Sequence record: OP310983.1
DNA: 64,000 nt
Reading direction: 5' to 3' (one strand)
In this document: positions 46,325 to 55,240 of the stretch, in pieces
How the letters are laid out: each line of letters opens with the position of its first letter
Position numbering within the stretch: position 1 is the stretch's first letter
Position numbers and translations under genes: made by a program
The notes under the pieces: generated by a model
The model's input: only the letters and a program-made list of their open reading frames with translations
Told to the model about the DNA's origin: nothing
Databases searched by the model: none

Positions 46325-46729
46325 ATGAAGAAACCTAAGAAAACAACTTATAATGCTATCGATCTAAGTAAATTAAATAAAGATATGTTCAGTGGTAGTA
46401 GGACCTGGGCAGCGGTTGAGTTTGCAATAAGTTGTGCAAATGAGTTAATGGAATTAAATAGTAAAGGAAATATTATTTTATTTGATAACGATATTGTCGA
46501 CAAAGTTGAATTTGAACTTAAGATCTATGATTGGTATGATGCACCACACGGATGTTATCTTTATAGATCTTTATGGAAAAATACTCAGGAAATTGTCTTT
46601 GGTGATAATGTAAATAAAGATGGAAGACTTGTATTGACTAAAGAAGAAGTACGTGAATACTTTTCAAGATTCAAAATTTTCCGTAGTGTCATGTACTTAT
46701 CCAACAGTATTAAAAAGTTAAAAGGGTAA
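46325..46729 (+). CDS. hypothetical early protein
   Basis: GGAG RBS. Confidence 0.75.
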   Translation: MKKPKKTTYNAIDLSKLNKDMFSGSRTWAAVEFAISCANELMELNSKGNIILFDNDIVDKVEFELKIYDWYDAPHGCYLYRSLWKNTQEIVFGDNVNKDGRLVLTKEEVREYFSRFKIFRSVMYLSNSIKKLKG

Positions 46730-46760
46730 CCCTCCCCTACCGATAATACATTCAAACCAT

Positions 46761-46813
46761 TTTAAACAGTATATTACTAACTTGATATTTAACCTTCAAT
46801 TAATGTAAAAAGG
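46761..46813 (+). repeat. early promoter + 5' UTR + SD cassette, copy 1
   Basis: 53 nt identical to 48613-48665; contains TATATTAC and AAAAAGG. Confidence 0.9.
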
Positions 46814-46823
46814 AATCTATACC

Positions 46824-47339
46824 ATGTTCGAAATTAAATTTTCTAAAAAAGAACAATTCCCTGGCCGTGGTCACTGCATCGAACTTTATGGTGATTATGT
46901 CACCGAGCGTGTATGGCATGCAGTGAAACAAATGGTTGAATGTAACATTACCAATCACGAGTTTTATAAGGCAAAAGAAGGTTTCTGTGTATTCTTCCAA
47001 GGTGGGCATGATAACCCTCATGGGAAATGGATCCTTCTGGAATTCTGGGTAGACGACATCGAGAAGACTCGTGAGTTCGTTCGTCTCTTGACCATCACTA
47101 TTAATCGAGTATTGACGGAGCGTTTTACTCAAATCTGCGTTAACCCTAATCAAATGGGTTATGCAGATGGGGCAGGTGCATATACTGTACTTGGCGAAAT
47201 CCATAAAGAAACTGGATGTCGTGTTAATTGGGGTAGTCCGACTACACCCATTACCTTCTATCCAGAAAATAACTTGGAACATCGTAAAGTACTCGACTTG
47301 TGTGAAACCTTCGAACTCCCAGTAACTAAATGGGTATAA
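46824..47339 (+). CDS. hypothetical early protein
   Basis: AAAGGAA RBS; two similar alpha/beta halves. Confidence 0.8.
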   Translation: MFEIKFSKKEQFPGRGHCIELYGDYVTERVWHAVKQMVECNITNHEFYKAKEGFCVFFQGGHDNPHGKWILLEFWVDDIEKTREFVRLLTITINRVLTERFTQICVNPNQMGYADGAGAYTVLGEIHKETGCRVNWGSPTTPITFYPENNLEHRKVLDLCETFELPVTKWV

Positions 47340-47356
47340 TTAGAGGATAAAGTACC

Positions 47357-47593
47357 ATGTACATCGTTATCCACAGAGACGAGTCTGAAAGACATGAATT
47401 GACTGTAGGTGATCCTAAAGATCTTATCGCGATCTTAGTCATTCTGGAGAATAGTGATAAAGTCATTGAATATAAGGTTATCGATTCGGATGTTGGTGTA
47501 ATCAAGGACTTTAGATACTCATTTGGTTGGGGTAACGGGTTCTTCACTAAAAATGCAAAAGATAATTTTAACTGGAATCAATCGAGGAAATAA
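47357..47593 (+). CDS. hypothetical protein
   Basis: GAGGA RBS. Confidence 0.75.
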   Translation: MYIVIHRDESERHELTVGDPKDLIAILVILENSDKVIEYKVIDSDVGVIKDFRYSFGWGNGFFTKNAKDNFNWNQSRK

Positions 47594-47595
47594 TA

Positions 47596-47808
47596 ATGGC
47601 TAACAGTAAAATCAGTGGCGAAGCTGTAATGAAATATCTACGTTCTCGAAATGACCACGTGGATTTTATGCGAGATAAACTGTCGGTTTACATTGAAAAT
47701 GATGAAGTGGTAGTTAAGATTATAGATACTACTTCAGGTGGTTCTGCAACACACCACTCAGGTTATGATGTAAACAACTTTGAAAGAACGTATGGTCAAA
47801 CTAACTAA
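47596..47808 (+). CDS. hypothetical protein
   Basis: GAGGA RBS. Confidence 0.75.
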   Translation: MANSKISGEAVMKYLRSRNDHVDFMRDKLSVYIENDEVVVKIIDTTSGGSATHHSGYDVNNFERTYGQTN

Positions 47809-47839
47809 ATAAATTAGTAACACTTATTGGCGACATACA

Positions 47840-47857
47840 CCCTCCCTTCGGGGAGGG
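47840..47857 (+). terminator. intrinsic terminator
   Basis: CCCTCCC-TTCG-GGGAGGG. Confidence 0.8.
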
Positions 47858-47910
47858 CTTTATTTTCAATATAGACATATTTTTTTTAATACATTAGTTG
47901 GAGTTTAAAA

Positions 47911-48243
47911 ATGTTTAATAAAAATTTTATCAATGGTATTCAAATTTTTGTTGCCGCAACTACTGTTGCTACAACTATTGTTAAGTTAGTCGAATCATAC
48001 AACAAATTAAATGAAGAAAAATCGGCTAACGATGTATGTAAGAAAATCCATATGGAAATCCATAAATTAACTAGCCTGTTTATCGAACAAGATATACCTA
48101 ATGAAGAACGCTGTGTTAGGTTACGTAAAACTGTTGATACATTAGTTAATAAACACTGCTCTAAATTAACTGGCCGGCGGCGACTCAGGGCTGTTGCAGA
48201 AATCACTCGACATGTAGATGACTATTGTCGTCTGTGGAAATGA
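47911..48243 (+). CDS. hypothetical protein with hydrophobic N-terminal helix
   Basis: GGAG RBS. Confidence 0.75.
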   Translation: MFNKNFINGIQIFVAATTVATTIVKLVESYNKLNEEKSANDVCKKIHMEIHKLTSLFIEQDIPNEERCVRLRKTVDTLVNKHCSKLTGRRRLRAVAEITRHVDDYCRLWK

Positions 48244-48251
48244 AATAATAC

Positions 48252-48279
48252 ATTCAAACCATTTTAACCAGTATATCAC
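48252..48279 (+). promoter_or_regulatory. early promoter (TATATCAC variant)
   Basis: ATTCAAACCATTTTAACCAG-TATATCAC. Confidence 0.65.
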
Positions 48280-48324
48280 AACAGTGTAATTAAACCTATT
48301 AAATCAGTAAAAAGGAATCAAACT

Positions 48325-48585
48325 ATGACAACTTTCCTGACTTTTAAATCTGACGAAGACTTGGAGAAAGAAGCAATCCGTCGTGCACGTGCTATCATGG
48401 GTTTCCGTGGTGACCGTGATGCAGCTACTCGTCAGGTATGCATCAATCCTGTACGAGGTAAGGATTACCGTAACTGGTTATCCCATAGCGCTACCTGGAA
48501 AGATGGTAACATTGTTGTTGATGAAGATAGTCTCATTGAGCTAGCCCGTGCCATCATTGATGAGACCTACCTGCACGATATGTAA
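48325..48585 (+). CDS. hypothetical early protein
   Basis: AAAGGAA RBS. Confidence 0.8.
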   Translation: MTTFLTFKSDEDLEKEAIRRARAIMGFRGDRDAATRQVCINPVRGKDYRNWLSHSATWKDGNIVVDEDSLIELARAIIDETYLHDM

Positions 48586-48612
48586 TAACTACTACTCCCT
48601 TATTCAAACATA

Positions 48613-48665
48613 TTTAAACAGTATATTACTAACTTGATATTTAACCTTCAATTAATGTAAAAAGG
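48613..48665 (+). repeat. early promoter + 5' UTR + SD cassette, copy 2
   Basis: 53 nt identical to 46761-46813. Confidence 0.9.
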
Positions 48666-48675
48666 GACTTTAAAA

Positions 48676-48825
48676 ATGAAAGCATTCGCACTAGTGGTTA
48701 TTGGTTTGACTTTTGGTGGACTGTTTGTAAACGCTAAGTTTGAAGAGCAAACTATTTCTAATGAAACTGTTATCCTCGGTCATCGTATCGGTCCCAATGG
48801 TCAAGAAATGCTCGTAACTAAATAG
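48676..48825 (+). CDS. signal/TM microprotein (49 aa, not in track)
   Basis: First ATG after cassette copy 2; MKAFALVVIGLTFGGLFVNAKFEEQTISNETVILGHRIGPNGQEMLVTK. Confidence 0.7.
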   Translation: MKAFALVVIGLTFGGLFVNAKFEEQTISNETVILGHRIGPNGQEMLVTK

Positions 48826-48835
48826 AGAAATAAAA

Positions 48836-49177
48836 ATGGAAAAGTCCGTAGCAGTTAAAGTAATCGACAACATGTGCCGTCCGAATATCGTTGCTCGCAT
48901 GAATGGTAAACTGGTCTACCATGCTCGTAATGTAAAAATAGTAGAAGGTAAGGATCTATGGCCGAACCGCACTGACGTAGATGATGTTCGTGTACTGGTC
49001 GGTGAAGCCTTCCGTAACGGTGAATGGGTACCCATGCGCAGTTCTAGCCTGGTTAACGTAGATGCTGTTACCGGTGTATACGAAACCCTCAACTCTGTTT
49101 ACATTGCTCCGGATCTTCTGGGAAGTCTCTCGGTGGGTCCTGATATCTTCAATGATGATGCAACTTTGAAAGGATAA
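48836..49177 (+). CDS. hypothetical early protein
   Basis: 113 aa; C-ending codon bias. Confidence 0.8.
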   Translation: MEKSVAVKVIDNMCRPNIVARMNGKLVYHARNVKIVEGKDLWPNRTDVDDVRVLVGEAFRNGEWVPMRSSSLVNVDAVTGVYETLNSVYIAPDLLGSLSVGPDIFNDDATLKG

Positions 49178-49182
49178 TCAAT

Positions 49183-49575
49183 ATGAACTTCATCAAAGAA
49201 AACGCACTTGGTCTTATTGCACTGGCAGTTGGCGCAACAGCCGTTGCTGCCATCCTCGCGGTCAAAGCTACCGTAAAGGAAGACGGTCAGGCTGTAGCCG
49301 AACAGATCGAAAGCAGTATCTCTGATATTCTTATCGATAAGATCTCCACCTACCGCAACAGCGAACAACATCGCAAGCTGGTAAGTCGTATTCGTCGTGA
49401 TCGAAATATCACAACGGAAGAGTTCATCAGCCGTATCCAGTTGGATATCGCCATGAACGTCCTGCCGGAAGTAGAAGTACTTCTGGAATCGCATCGTGAC
49501 CAGGTAACCGAAGAAGAATTCGAACGCCTGGTAGCCAACCTTCAACACTTCGTACAACGGATCATTGCCAAATGA
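49183..49575 (+). CDS. membrane-anchored helical protein
   Basis: AAGGA RBS; TM helix ALGLIALAVGATAVAAILAV. Confidence 0.8.
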   Translation: MNFIKENALGLIALAVGATAVAAILAVKATVKEDGQAVAEQIESSISDILIDKISTYRNSEQHRKLVSRIRRDRNITTEEFISRIQLDIAMNVLPEVEVLLESHRDQVTEEEFERLVANLQHFVQRIIAK

Positions 49576-49748
49576 AAGTAAAGATCGGAATGGGATTCAT
49601 TGCAGTACTGATGGGTATCGCTGCCGCAGGTGGTGAGTTCTATTACGATCTCACTAAACCTGAGGGCAAGGTATCTAAAGAGTGGTGCCAACACCCGGCT
49701 AAGCCGAAATGTACCATGTATGCATTCAACGTCAAAGAGGACAAGTAA
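49572..49748 (+). CDS. exported microprotein with Cys pair (58 aa, not in track)
   Basis: ATGA overlap; MKVKIGMGFIAVLMGIAAAGGEFYYDLTKPEGKVSKEWCQHPAKPKCTMYAFNVKEDK; stop abuts ATG 49749. Confidence 0.7.
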   Translation: MKVKIGMGFIAVLMGIAAAGGEFYYDLTKPEGKVSKEWCQHPAKPKCTMYAFNVKEDK

Positions 49749-50351
49749 ATGGAACAGCGTCTCCTGAAAGCTTTCAAGAACATAGATCCCGTGTTCACGC
49801 AGAAACAGCACAACGAGTTGATCGATCGACGCGGTGCCGACATGGGTTTGACTGTCAAGGTCGACGCCATGCTACTGTTGATCAAGAACGACCCGGTCAA
49901 GTACAAAGACCTGGAAACCAAGATCATCGAAGACGCCATCGCCTTCATAAAAGGTGAGCGTTCCTCCGATATCGCCCTGGGCCTGTTCAACAAGATGGTT
50001 TATCAGGACAACGGTCCCGATGCCGTCGGCCTGCTGGAATACGCCAAGGTTTCCGAGTACAAGAACATCCACGTGGATGAGTCCTGTGCTTGGGTCAACG
50101 TCTACCGTGGCAAGCTGAAGACCTTCATGGTTACATTCATCTCCCAATGTGCCGGTAACGCTCTGGTACGTTCGGAACTGAAGACTCTTCAACATCAGCG
50201 TTACAATATCGCTAAGCAGAACTTCCGCGACATGAACAAACCTGTGCCTGAAGGTACTGTGAAAGAACTGGCCAAAATGTACGGTAAATCCATCTCGGAA
50301 ATCCGTCGCATGAAAGCCGAAGGTCGTCTTGGGGAACTGACCCAAGAATAA
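49749..50351 (+). CDS. early protein with C-terminal helix-turn-helix
   Basis: GAGGA RBS; TVKELAKMYGKSISEIRRMKAEGRL. Confidence 0.8.
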   Translation: MEQRLLKAFKNIDPVFTQKQHNELIDRRGADMGLTVKVDAMLLLIKNDPVKYKDLETKIIEDAIAFIKGERSSDIALGLFNKMVYQDNGPDAVGLLEYAKVSEYKNIHVDESCAWVNVYRGKLKTFMVTFISQCAGNALVRSELKTLQHQRYNIAKQNFRDMNKPVPEGTVKELAKMYGKSISEIRRMKAEGRLGELTQE

Positions 50352-50352
50352 T

Positions 50353-50379
50353 AGATGGGTCTCTTCGGAGACCCCATCT
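50353..50379 (+). terminator. intrinsic terminator-like hairpin
   Basis: AGATGGGTCTC-TTCG-GAGACCCCATCT. Confidence 0.7.
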
Positions 50380-50445
50380 CAATGCGTCTTGAAAAGGATG
50401 CATTGAGATGTACTCAACCCAATCAATCGTAAAAAGGAAATTACC

Positions 50446-51558
50446 ATGAAACAGTATCGTGAACCCGTAACCCGTCTGACCAAAGAAAAACTGGAATGGG
50501 TTATCAGCCGTCGTAAAGAAAGAAAGGCCGAACAACCTTTCGGTCGTGCCCATTTCCCTGCCGGTACTCGTGCTATCTTCGAATCCTGCTCCCTTCGTTA
50601 CCTGGATGAGAATGAACGTGTGTATCCTGGACAGCGCTACGAGACATTCGAAGCTACTGTTCTCGGCGTTGTGGCCAATGGTCATAACAGTTATGTCGCT
50701 ATTCTGGACATGCCCTGTGATCTTACTGAAAGCCGTAACAAGGCAATCAACGTCAGTTGGTGCCGTGGTATTGTATCGCGCGGTGAAGGTAATTTCACCT
50801 GGTTCAAAGAAGAGTCAACCGAGTATGATCGCAATCATGGTTGGAACATCCGTGAGAAACATCCGACTGTTCGTTGGGCAGAAGGTCCTCGTCCTACTAA
50901 AGTACGTAGCCTTACCTGGGCAGAGGAATTCGATTATAACCGCGCAGTAGATCCGGTATACATCGAAATCAACAAACATCACAGTCAGTACTATATCACT
51001 GACATGCGTTCGTTTGTGATGTTCACTCTTCGGGAACATCCTGCTTATGCAAACTCGTTTAAAGATCATCTGCACAAACTGGACAAGCTAGTCATGGCGC
51101 TGTACTCCGATCCGACTATCAAAGCAGCTGAAGTAAAGCTGTCTCGCTACTCTGTTAGCTGGTTGATCAGCAAGAAGAAGTTCCATAAAGTCCTGCAACG
51201 CCTGCTTCCGTTCTACAAGACTTCTCGTCGTAAGGCGCAAGAAGAAGACGATAAAGCAATTAGCGAGATGTATGAGGCTGAACTGGACCGTGACCTCAGT
51301 GAACAGTATGGTGAGTCTGATGATACCTCGGATGAATCAAGCTATTCATGGAATGACAGCACGCCCCTGGATGATGATGATCTGAATGTGTTTGATATGT
51401 ACGACGACTCGGCATGCTCGCGTGAAATCAGTGATGATGTTCAACCCAAAACTATTGGTGAACTCCTGCGTGAAGCAATGGGGAACCCTGAAGAAGAGAA
51501 ATCCAAATTAGTTATTGGAAGTATGGAAACTCTTTCTAAAGCGGTTATCATCAAATAG
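50446..51558 (+). CDS. probable phiKZ014-like early ribosome-associated protein
   Basis: 370 aa; basic core with a very acidic low-complexity tail (DDTSDESS...DDDDL); eleventh gene before terminase (gp25) by count; synteny only. Confidence 0.55.
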   Translation: MKQYREPVTRLTKEKLEWVISRRKERKAEQPFGRAHFPAGTRAIFESCSLRYLDENERVYPGQRYETFEATVLGVVANGHNSYVAILDMPCDLTESRNKAINVSWCRGIVSRGEGNFTWFKEESTEYDRNHGWNIREKHPTVRWAEGPRPTKVRSLTWAEEFDYNRAVDPVYIEINKHHSQYYITDMRSFVMFTLREHPAYANSFKDHLHKLDKLVMALYSDPTIKAAEVKLSRYSVSWLISKKKFHKVLQRLLPFYKTSRRKAQEEDDKAISEMYEAELDRDLSEQYGESDDTSDESSYSWNDSTPLDDDDLNVFDMYDDSACSREISDDVQPKTIGELLREAMGNPEEEKSKLVIGSMETLSKAVIIK

Positions 51559-51573
51559 ATTACACGCAATAAT

Positions 51574-51591
51574 GGGAGTCTTCGGACTCCC
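51574..51591 (+). terminator. intrinsic terminator
   Basis: GGGAGTC-TTCG-GACTCCC followed by TTTT. Confidence 0.85.
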
Positions 51592-51662
51592 TTTTATTTT
51601 CTACATCGTAATATTTTTTTATTTAGCAATATATTCATAAACTGTAAAAAGGAAGATATCTC

Positions 51663-52664
51663 ATGATCATCAATGCAACCATCACTCGCGCAATGTTGAG
51701 TGCTCAAACTACAGAATCATCGCTTCTGTTTATTCTGACACACCTACATGGCAGTCCAGATGCTACTTCGTCGGATATGAACGACACCAAGCGCATTCTC
51801 GCCTCTAACGATCCTCTAAGTACCCTGTGGCAATGTGGTTGCCATTTGGTCGTATCGGAAGACGAACGCTGGTTCATTTCTCCATTCGGTGATACTGTAC
51901 GCCTGGCATACCAGCACAAAGTACGTGGTAGCTGGATTACTTTCGGCATAGACCTGTTCGATCCGGAAGAATCCGAATCGGTACTATTGGCTATCCGTAG
52001 GCGGCTCCGCACCGGTTTCCCAGCAGATGAACTTGAAGTTAACTGTGGTATCAAAGGTTACCTCGAAGAAAGTTACGAGGTCAACGGGACCGGTTTGTGG
52101 AGCGTAGGTCGGATCATTCTGGCTCTGCATCCCACCAGCCCTTTCCGTTTTGCTGCTCTGGAACGTTTGTACGAGATTGCTAAGTTCCATAAGAACTACG
52201 CTGACATCGTGGATAATGTCGGGATCAATCATGATCGTAATTACCTGAATAACATCGTTGATGGAAAATGGGTGGTCGAAGAGAAAGATGCTCAAGCTGT
52301 ATTGAACAGCTACTTCACTTCGATGCTGAAGTTATTCTTCGACCGTGGTTTCTACTATCAGGATACTATCGATGGCGGCAGGATCGATGTTCGTAGCAAT
52401 GAAGGATCGTACTACCTCATTGGTGGTAATGCCACTGTAAATACCATCAATATCACTTACCTCAGTGCTAACAAAATAGAGATTCGTGATGGTGAATGGG
52501 AGTTCGCTTGGGACTGCAACAACACTGAATACTTCTTCGCTGAACATCCAGTAGATGCACTGCTTGCATATCACAAGCGTGTTGATCAGGAACATTCTTA
52601 CAAAGCCACTGGTCTTGGTCATAGCCTGGAAGACATCCACAAGGTTCAACATATTCTAAAATGA
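51663..52664 (+). CDS. hypothetical protein
   Basis: AAAGGAA RBS; 333 aa. Confidence 0.8.
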   Translation: MIINATITRAMLSAQTTESSLLFILTHLHGSPDATSSDMNDTKRILASNDPLSTLWQCGCHLVVSEDERWFISPFGDTVRLAYQHKVRGSWITFGIDLFDPEESESVLLAIRRRLRTGFPADELEVNCGIKGYLEESYEVNGTGLWSVGRIILALHPTSPFRFAALERLYEIAKFHKNYADIVDNVGINHDRNYLNNIVDGKWVVEEKDAQAVLNSYFTSMLKLFFDRGFYYQDTIDGGRIDVRSNEGSYYLIGGNATVNTINITYLSANKIEIRDGEWEFAWDCNNTEYFFAEHPVDALLAYHKRVDQEHSYKATGLGHSLEDIHKVQHILK

Positions 52665-52676
52665 GGAAGATTAATT

Positions 52677-53156
52677 ATGTCGTATAACCTAGGCATTGTC
52701 ACTCGCAATAAGTCGGCACTGATTGTCACCAATGATTACAAATATGATGAGTTCGTTCTACTAAAACCGACCAGTGGTCTCAAGGTAGAAGGTCAGTTGG
52801 TGCAATTGGTCTGTATCTGTTTCGGTGACAAGGAAAAGCGTTCTCTGACTCACAAGATCATGACCAATGCTGAACAAGCAGATTACACCAAGGAAGACAT
52901 CCTGGCTATGATGAAGGAACACGGTGTAGAACTTCGAGTGATCACTGATAAGGCAGTTCATGTATTTCAGTACATTCGTGATGTGGCTATCCATGGTGTG
53001 GTTGATTCCAATAACACCACCTTCTGGTTCGGCGACACGGAACACCGAAAATTGTTTTATCCGTATTGCGGTATTGAAGGTAAATCTTTTCATCATGCCC
53101 ATCGTGATAAAGAATTGTGTCGGGTATTTGAGTTTGTCGCTGTAATCAATTGGTAA
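52677..53156 (+). CDS. hypothetical protein
   Basis: GAGGA RBS. Confidence 0.8.
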   Translation: MSYNLGIVTRNKSALIVTNDYKYDEFVLLKPTSGLKVEGQLVQLVCICFGDKEKRSLTHKIMTNAEQADYTKEDILAMMKEHGVELRVITDKAVHVFQYIRDVAIHGVVDSNNTTFWFGDTEHRKLFYPYCGIEGKSFHHAHRDKELCRVFEFVAVINW

Positions 53157-53162
53157 CGATAT

Positions 53163-53188
53163 AAATACCCTCCTTCGGGAGGGTATTT
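53163..53188 (+). terminator. intrinsic terminator
   Basis: AAATACCCTCC-TTCG-GGAGGGTATTT. Confidence 0.85.
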
Positions 53189-53212
53189 ATTTTGTGATTA
53201 GAGGAATAAAAA

Positions 53213-53356
53213 ATGGTAGGTTATCGTATTATTGCTTTTAATGGTACTCAGTGGGAATCTCCGAGTGGGTACACCATTCAGCAAGCGGTGAATGAGTTCC
53301 TAAAGAAATATGATTTACATGAATTAGATATTCGCAGTATTACCGCATTACACTAA
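53213..53356 (+). CDS. hypothetical protein (47 aa, not in track)
   Basis: GAGGA RBS; MVGYRIIAFNGTQWESPSGYTIQQAVNEFLKKYDLHELDIRSITALH. Confidence 0.7.
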   Translation: MVGYRIIAFNGTQWESPSGYTIQQAVNEFLKKYDLHELDIRSITALH

Positions 53357-53384
53357 ATCCAATTTTAAATAGGAATACGTATTA

Positions 53385-53777
53385 ATGAATTATAATGCAG
53401 AGAAATATGCCGCACTGCTAGTTTCAATTGCAGCAAACATTGACACTGTAAATAAACTCACCAAAGAAATTTTATCGTCTTCTGATAATAGGGATTTTCT
53501 CTATAATGTGCATCAAATGACTGACATGTCCCTCGCCAGTCTTCATACGCATCTAACTAAAGAAGTCGAAAAGTTGGTAGAAACAATGGATCTAGTTAAA
53601 GATGGTCTATATGTCCAGGATGTTGAACTCATTAAGGGTAAGGGAAACTGGCGACATATCGCGGATAATGAACCTACCATCAACGCTATTAAAGCACTGC
53701 GTAAACACATTGGCGAAATCAGTGCATTAGAAGCTAGAACTGTTGTTAAAGGTTACAAGGCAGGTGTCTTAAAATAA
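53385..53777 (+). CDS. coiled-coil protein with ribosomal L7/L12 C-terminal-domain-like motif
   Basis: TINAIKALRKHIGEISALEARTVVK resembles KI.AIK.vR..tG.lgLkEAK..Ve. Confidence 0.65.
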   Translation: MNYNAEKYAALLVSIAANIDTVNKLTKEILSSSDNRDFLYNVHQMTDMSLASLHTHLTKEVEKLVETMDLVKDGLYVQDVELIKGKGNWRHIADNEPTINAIKALRKHIGEISALEARTVVKGYKAGVLK

Positions 53778-53839
53778 CATCGAATAGTATTAAGTCTATC
53801 TTCTAGGAGGTATACTTAATAAATCATGAGGAAAATATA

Positions 53840-54169
53840 ATGTCCAATATGAAAAAATCTAGTTTGAAAGAATTCTTCGAACATATCACTCAGGCTGATC
53901 CATTTAATCCTTATTCCTTCATCTACTCCAGACCTATGCAATACGCTGGTGAAGATAGCGAGTACGCACTACATGTTACGTATGTGCATGGTGCAGCTTA
54001 CATTGAAGGTCTTGTTGGCCATGAAGGAATCAGAATCAATGTATTCTACAATAAACTCCAAGGTATTCAACTTTGGACATACTTTGATAACGAACCTCGT
54101 GTTGATTCATGGCCGTATTATCAAGTTGATGCAGCTTTAGAAGAAATCATCCGCCTAACTAAACTATAA
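53840..54169 (+). CDS. hypothetical protein
   Basis: GAGGAA RBS. Confidence 0.75.
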   Translation: MSNMKKSSLKEFFEHITQADPFNPYSFIYSRPMQYAGEDSEYALHVTYVHGAAYIEGLVGHEGIRINVFYNKLQGIQLWTYFDNEPRVDSWPYYQVDAALEEIIRLTKL

Positions 54170-54198
54170 ACTCTATTTATAAAAAATAGGTGAAGAAA

Positions 54199-54408
54199 AT
54201 GATCTATCTGGGATGGTTTACCATTATCTTTGTTACAATGAGTCTATGTCTGTTTTATGTATTTTGTCACCGTAGTATTCGTGAATCACACCCAGGTGTA
54301 ATAGAAAAACAGACTACTCGAAAAATTGTTATTTGGGCTGGTATTCTATTGGCACTCGCTTACTTAAATGAAATCAGCCGAGTCTATATAGAGCAGATGG
54401 TAACCTAA
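54199..54408 (+). CDS. two-TM small membrane protein (paralog of 55792..56001)
   Basis: AGGTGA RBS; 46 of 69 residues identical to the paralog by hand alignment. Confidence 0.8.
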   Translation: MIYLGWFTIIFVTMSLCLFYVFCHRSIRESHPGVIEKQTTRKIVIWAGILLALAYLNEISRVYIEQMVT

Positions 54409-54465
54409 ATATTCAATAACTCCGAAATAATCAAAACTATTTAATATATCAAAAGGAATATTTCA

Positions 54466-54751
54466 ATGTTCGAAACCCAAGTCGCTCTTACTGATGAACT
54501 CTAACAAGCTACGAGGGATACTGACTGACCTCGGTATACTCCCACCTCGCTTTGTTGAGAGCACCGATATCCGTGTCGGCAACTTCCGATTTCAGCGCTG
54601 GAAAACCCAGGTCCTCAAACCTGCTGCTCCTGGTTATCGGAAGTGGATTGACGTGGGTAGGTTAGAATGGGTGGAGGTTAAATACCACCTCAACAAATTA
54701 CTTAAAGAGAATAATCTCAATATCCAAGAAGAAAGTAATCGGTCTGGATAA
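54466..54751 (+). pseudogene. gene split by a +1 frame break (12-codon ORF plus track ORF 54494..54751)
   Basis: AAAAGGAA RBS precedes ATG 54466 (MFETQVALTDEL-stop); removing one base at CTC-TAA-C gives ...DELNKLRGILTDLG. Confidence 0.5.
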
Positions 54752-54897
54752 CCTCCGGAAGCTCCTGTCAGATCAACTCAACCCGCCACGTCAGTTAACA
54801 GACGCTGTACGCGAGAAAAATCTTCACAGCAAGTAACGATATAAGGCCCCTCCCTTCGGGTAGGGATTGTCTATTCATTTCTTAACAGGAAATTCTA

Positions 54898-55233
54898 ATG
54901 GAAGACTTCAAAGAAATCGAGATTTACAGTATGACGTTCATCGACCATTCGGAAAATGCTTCTCGTGTAGTGATTGCACAGATCACTACTTTGGATGATC
55001 GTACTGTTTACGGGGTAATGGAGGTCAATGGTTTCGGCGGTCAGGCCACTACTAATCTGCGTCGATTCGAACAGAACCGTCAACACGCTCGTTACTTCTT
55101 CACCAAGTCGGTAGCCACTGCTCACGCCGAGGCTTACGTCAAGTACCTGAATGACGACATGGTCGAACAAGACTACCTCGATATGAATACCGGCTACAAC
55201 TACACCGAATTTATGAACATGGTAAATATCTGA
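54898..55233 (+). CDS. hypothetical protein
   Basis: AGGAA RBS. Confidence 0.8.
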   Translation: MEDFKEIEIYSMTFIDHSENASRVVIAQITTLDDRTVYGVMEVNGFGGQATTNLRRFEQNRQHARYFFTKSVATAHAEAYVKYLNDDMVEQDYLDMNTGYNYTEFMNMVNI

Positions 55234-55240
55234 GGTCATC

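Noticed and set aside
49099-50950. Long antisense or alternate-frame ORFs (49099-49557, 49643-49993, 49872-50345, 50212-50685, 50546-50950)
   Set aside because: They overlap RBS-supported + strand genes in the high-GC3 island, where stop-poor shadow frames are expected; no RBS or promoter support
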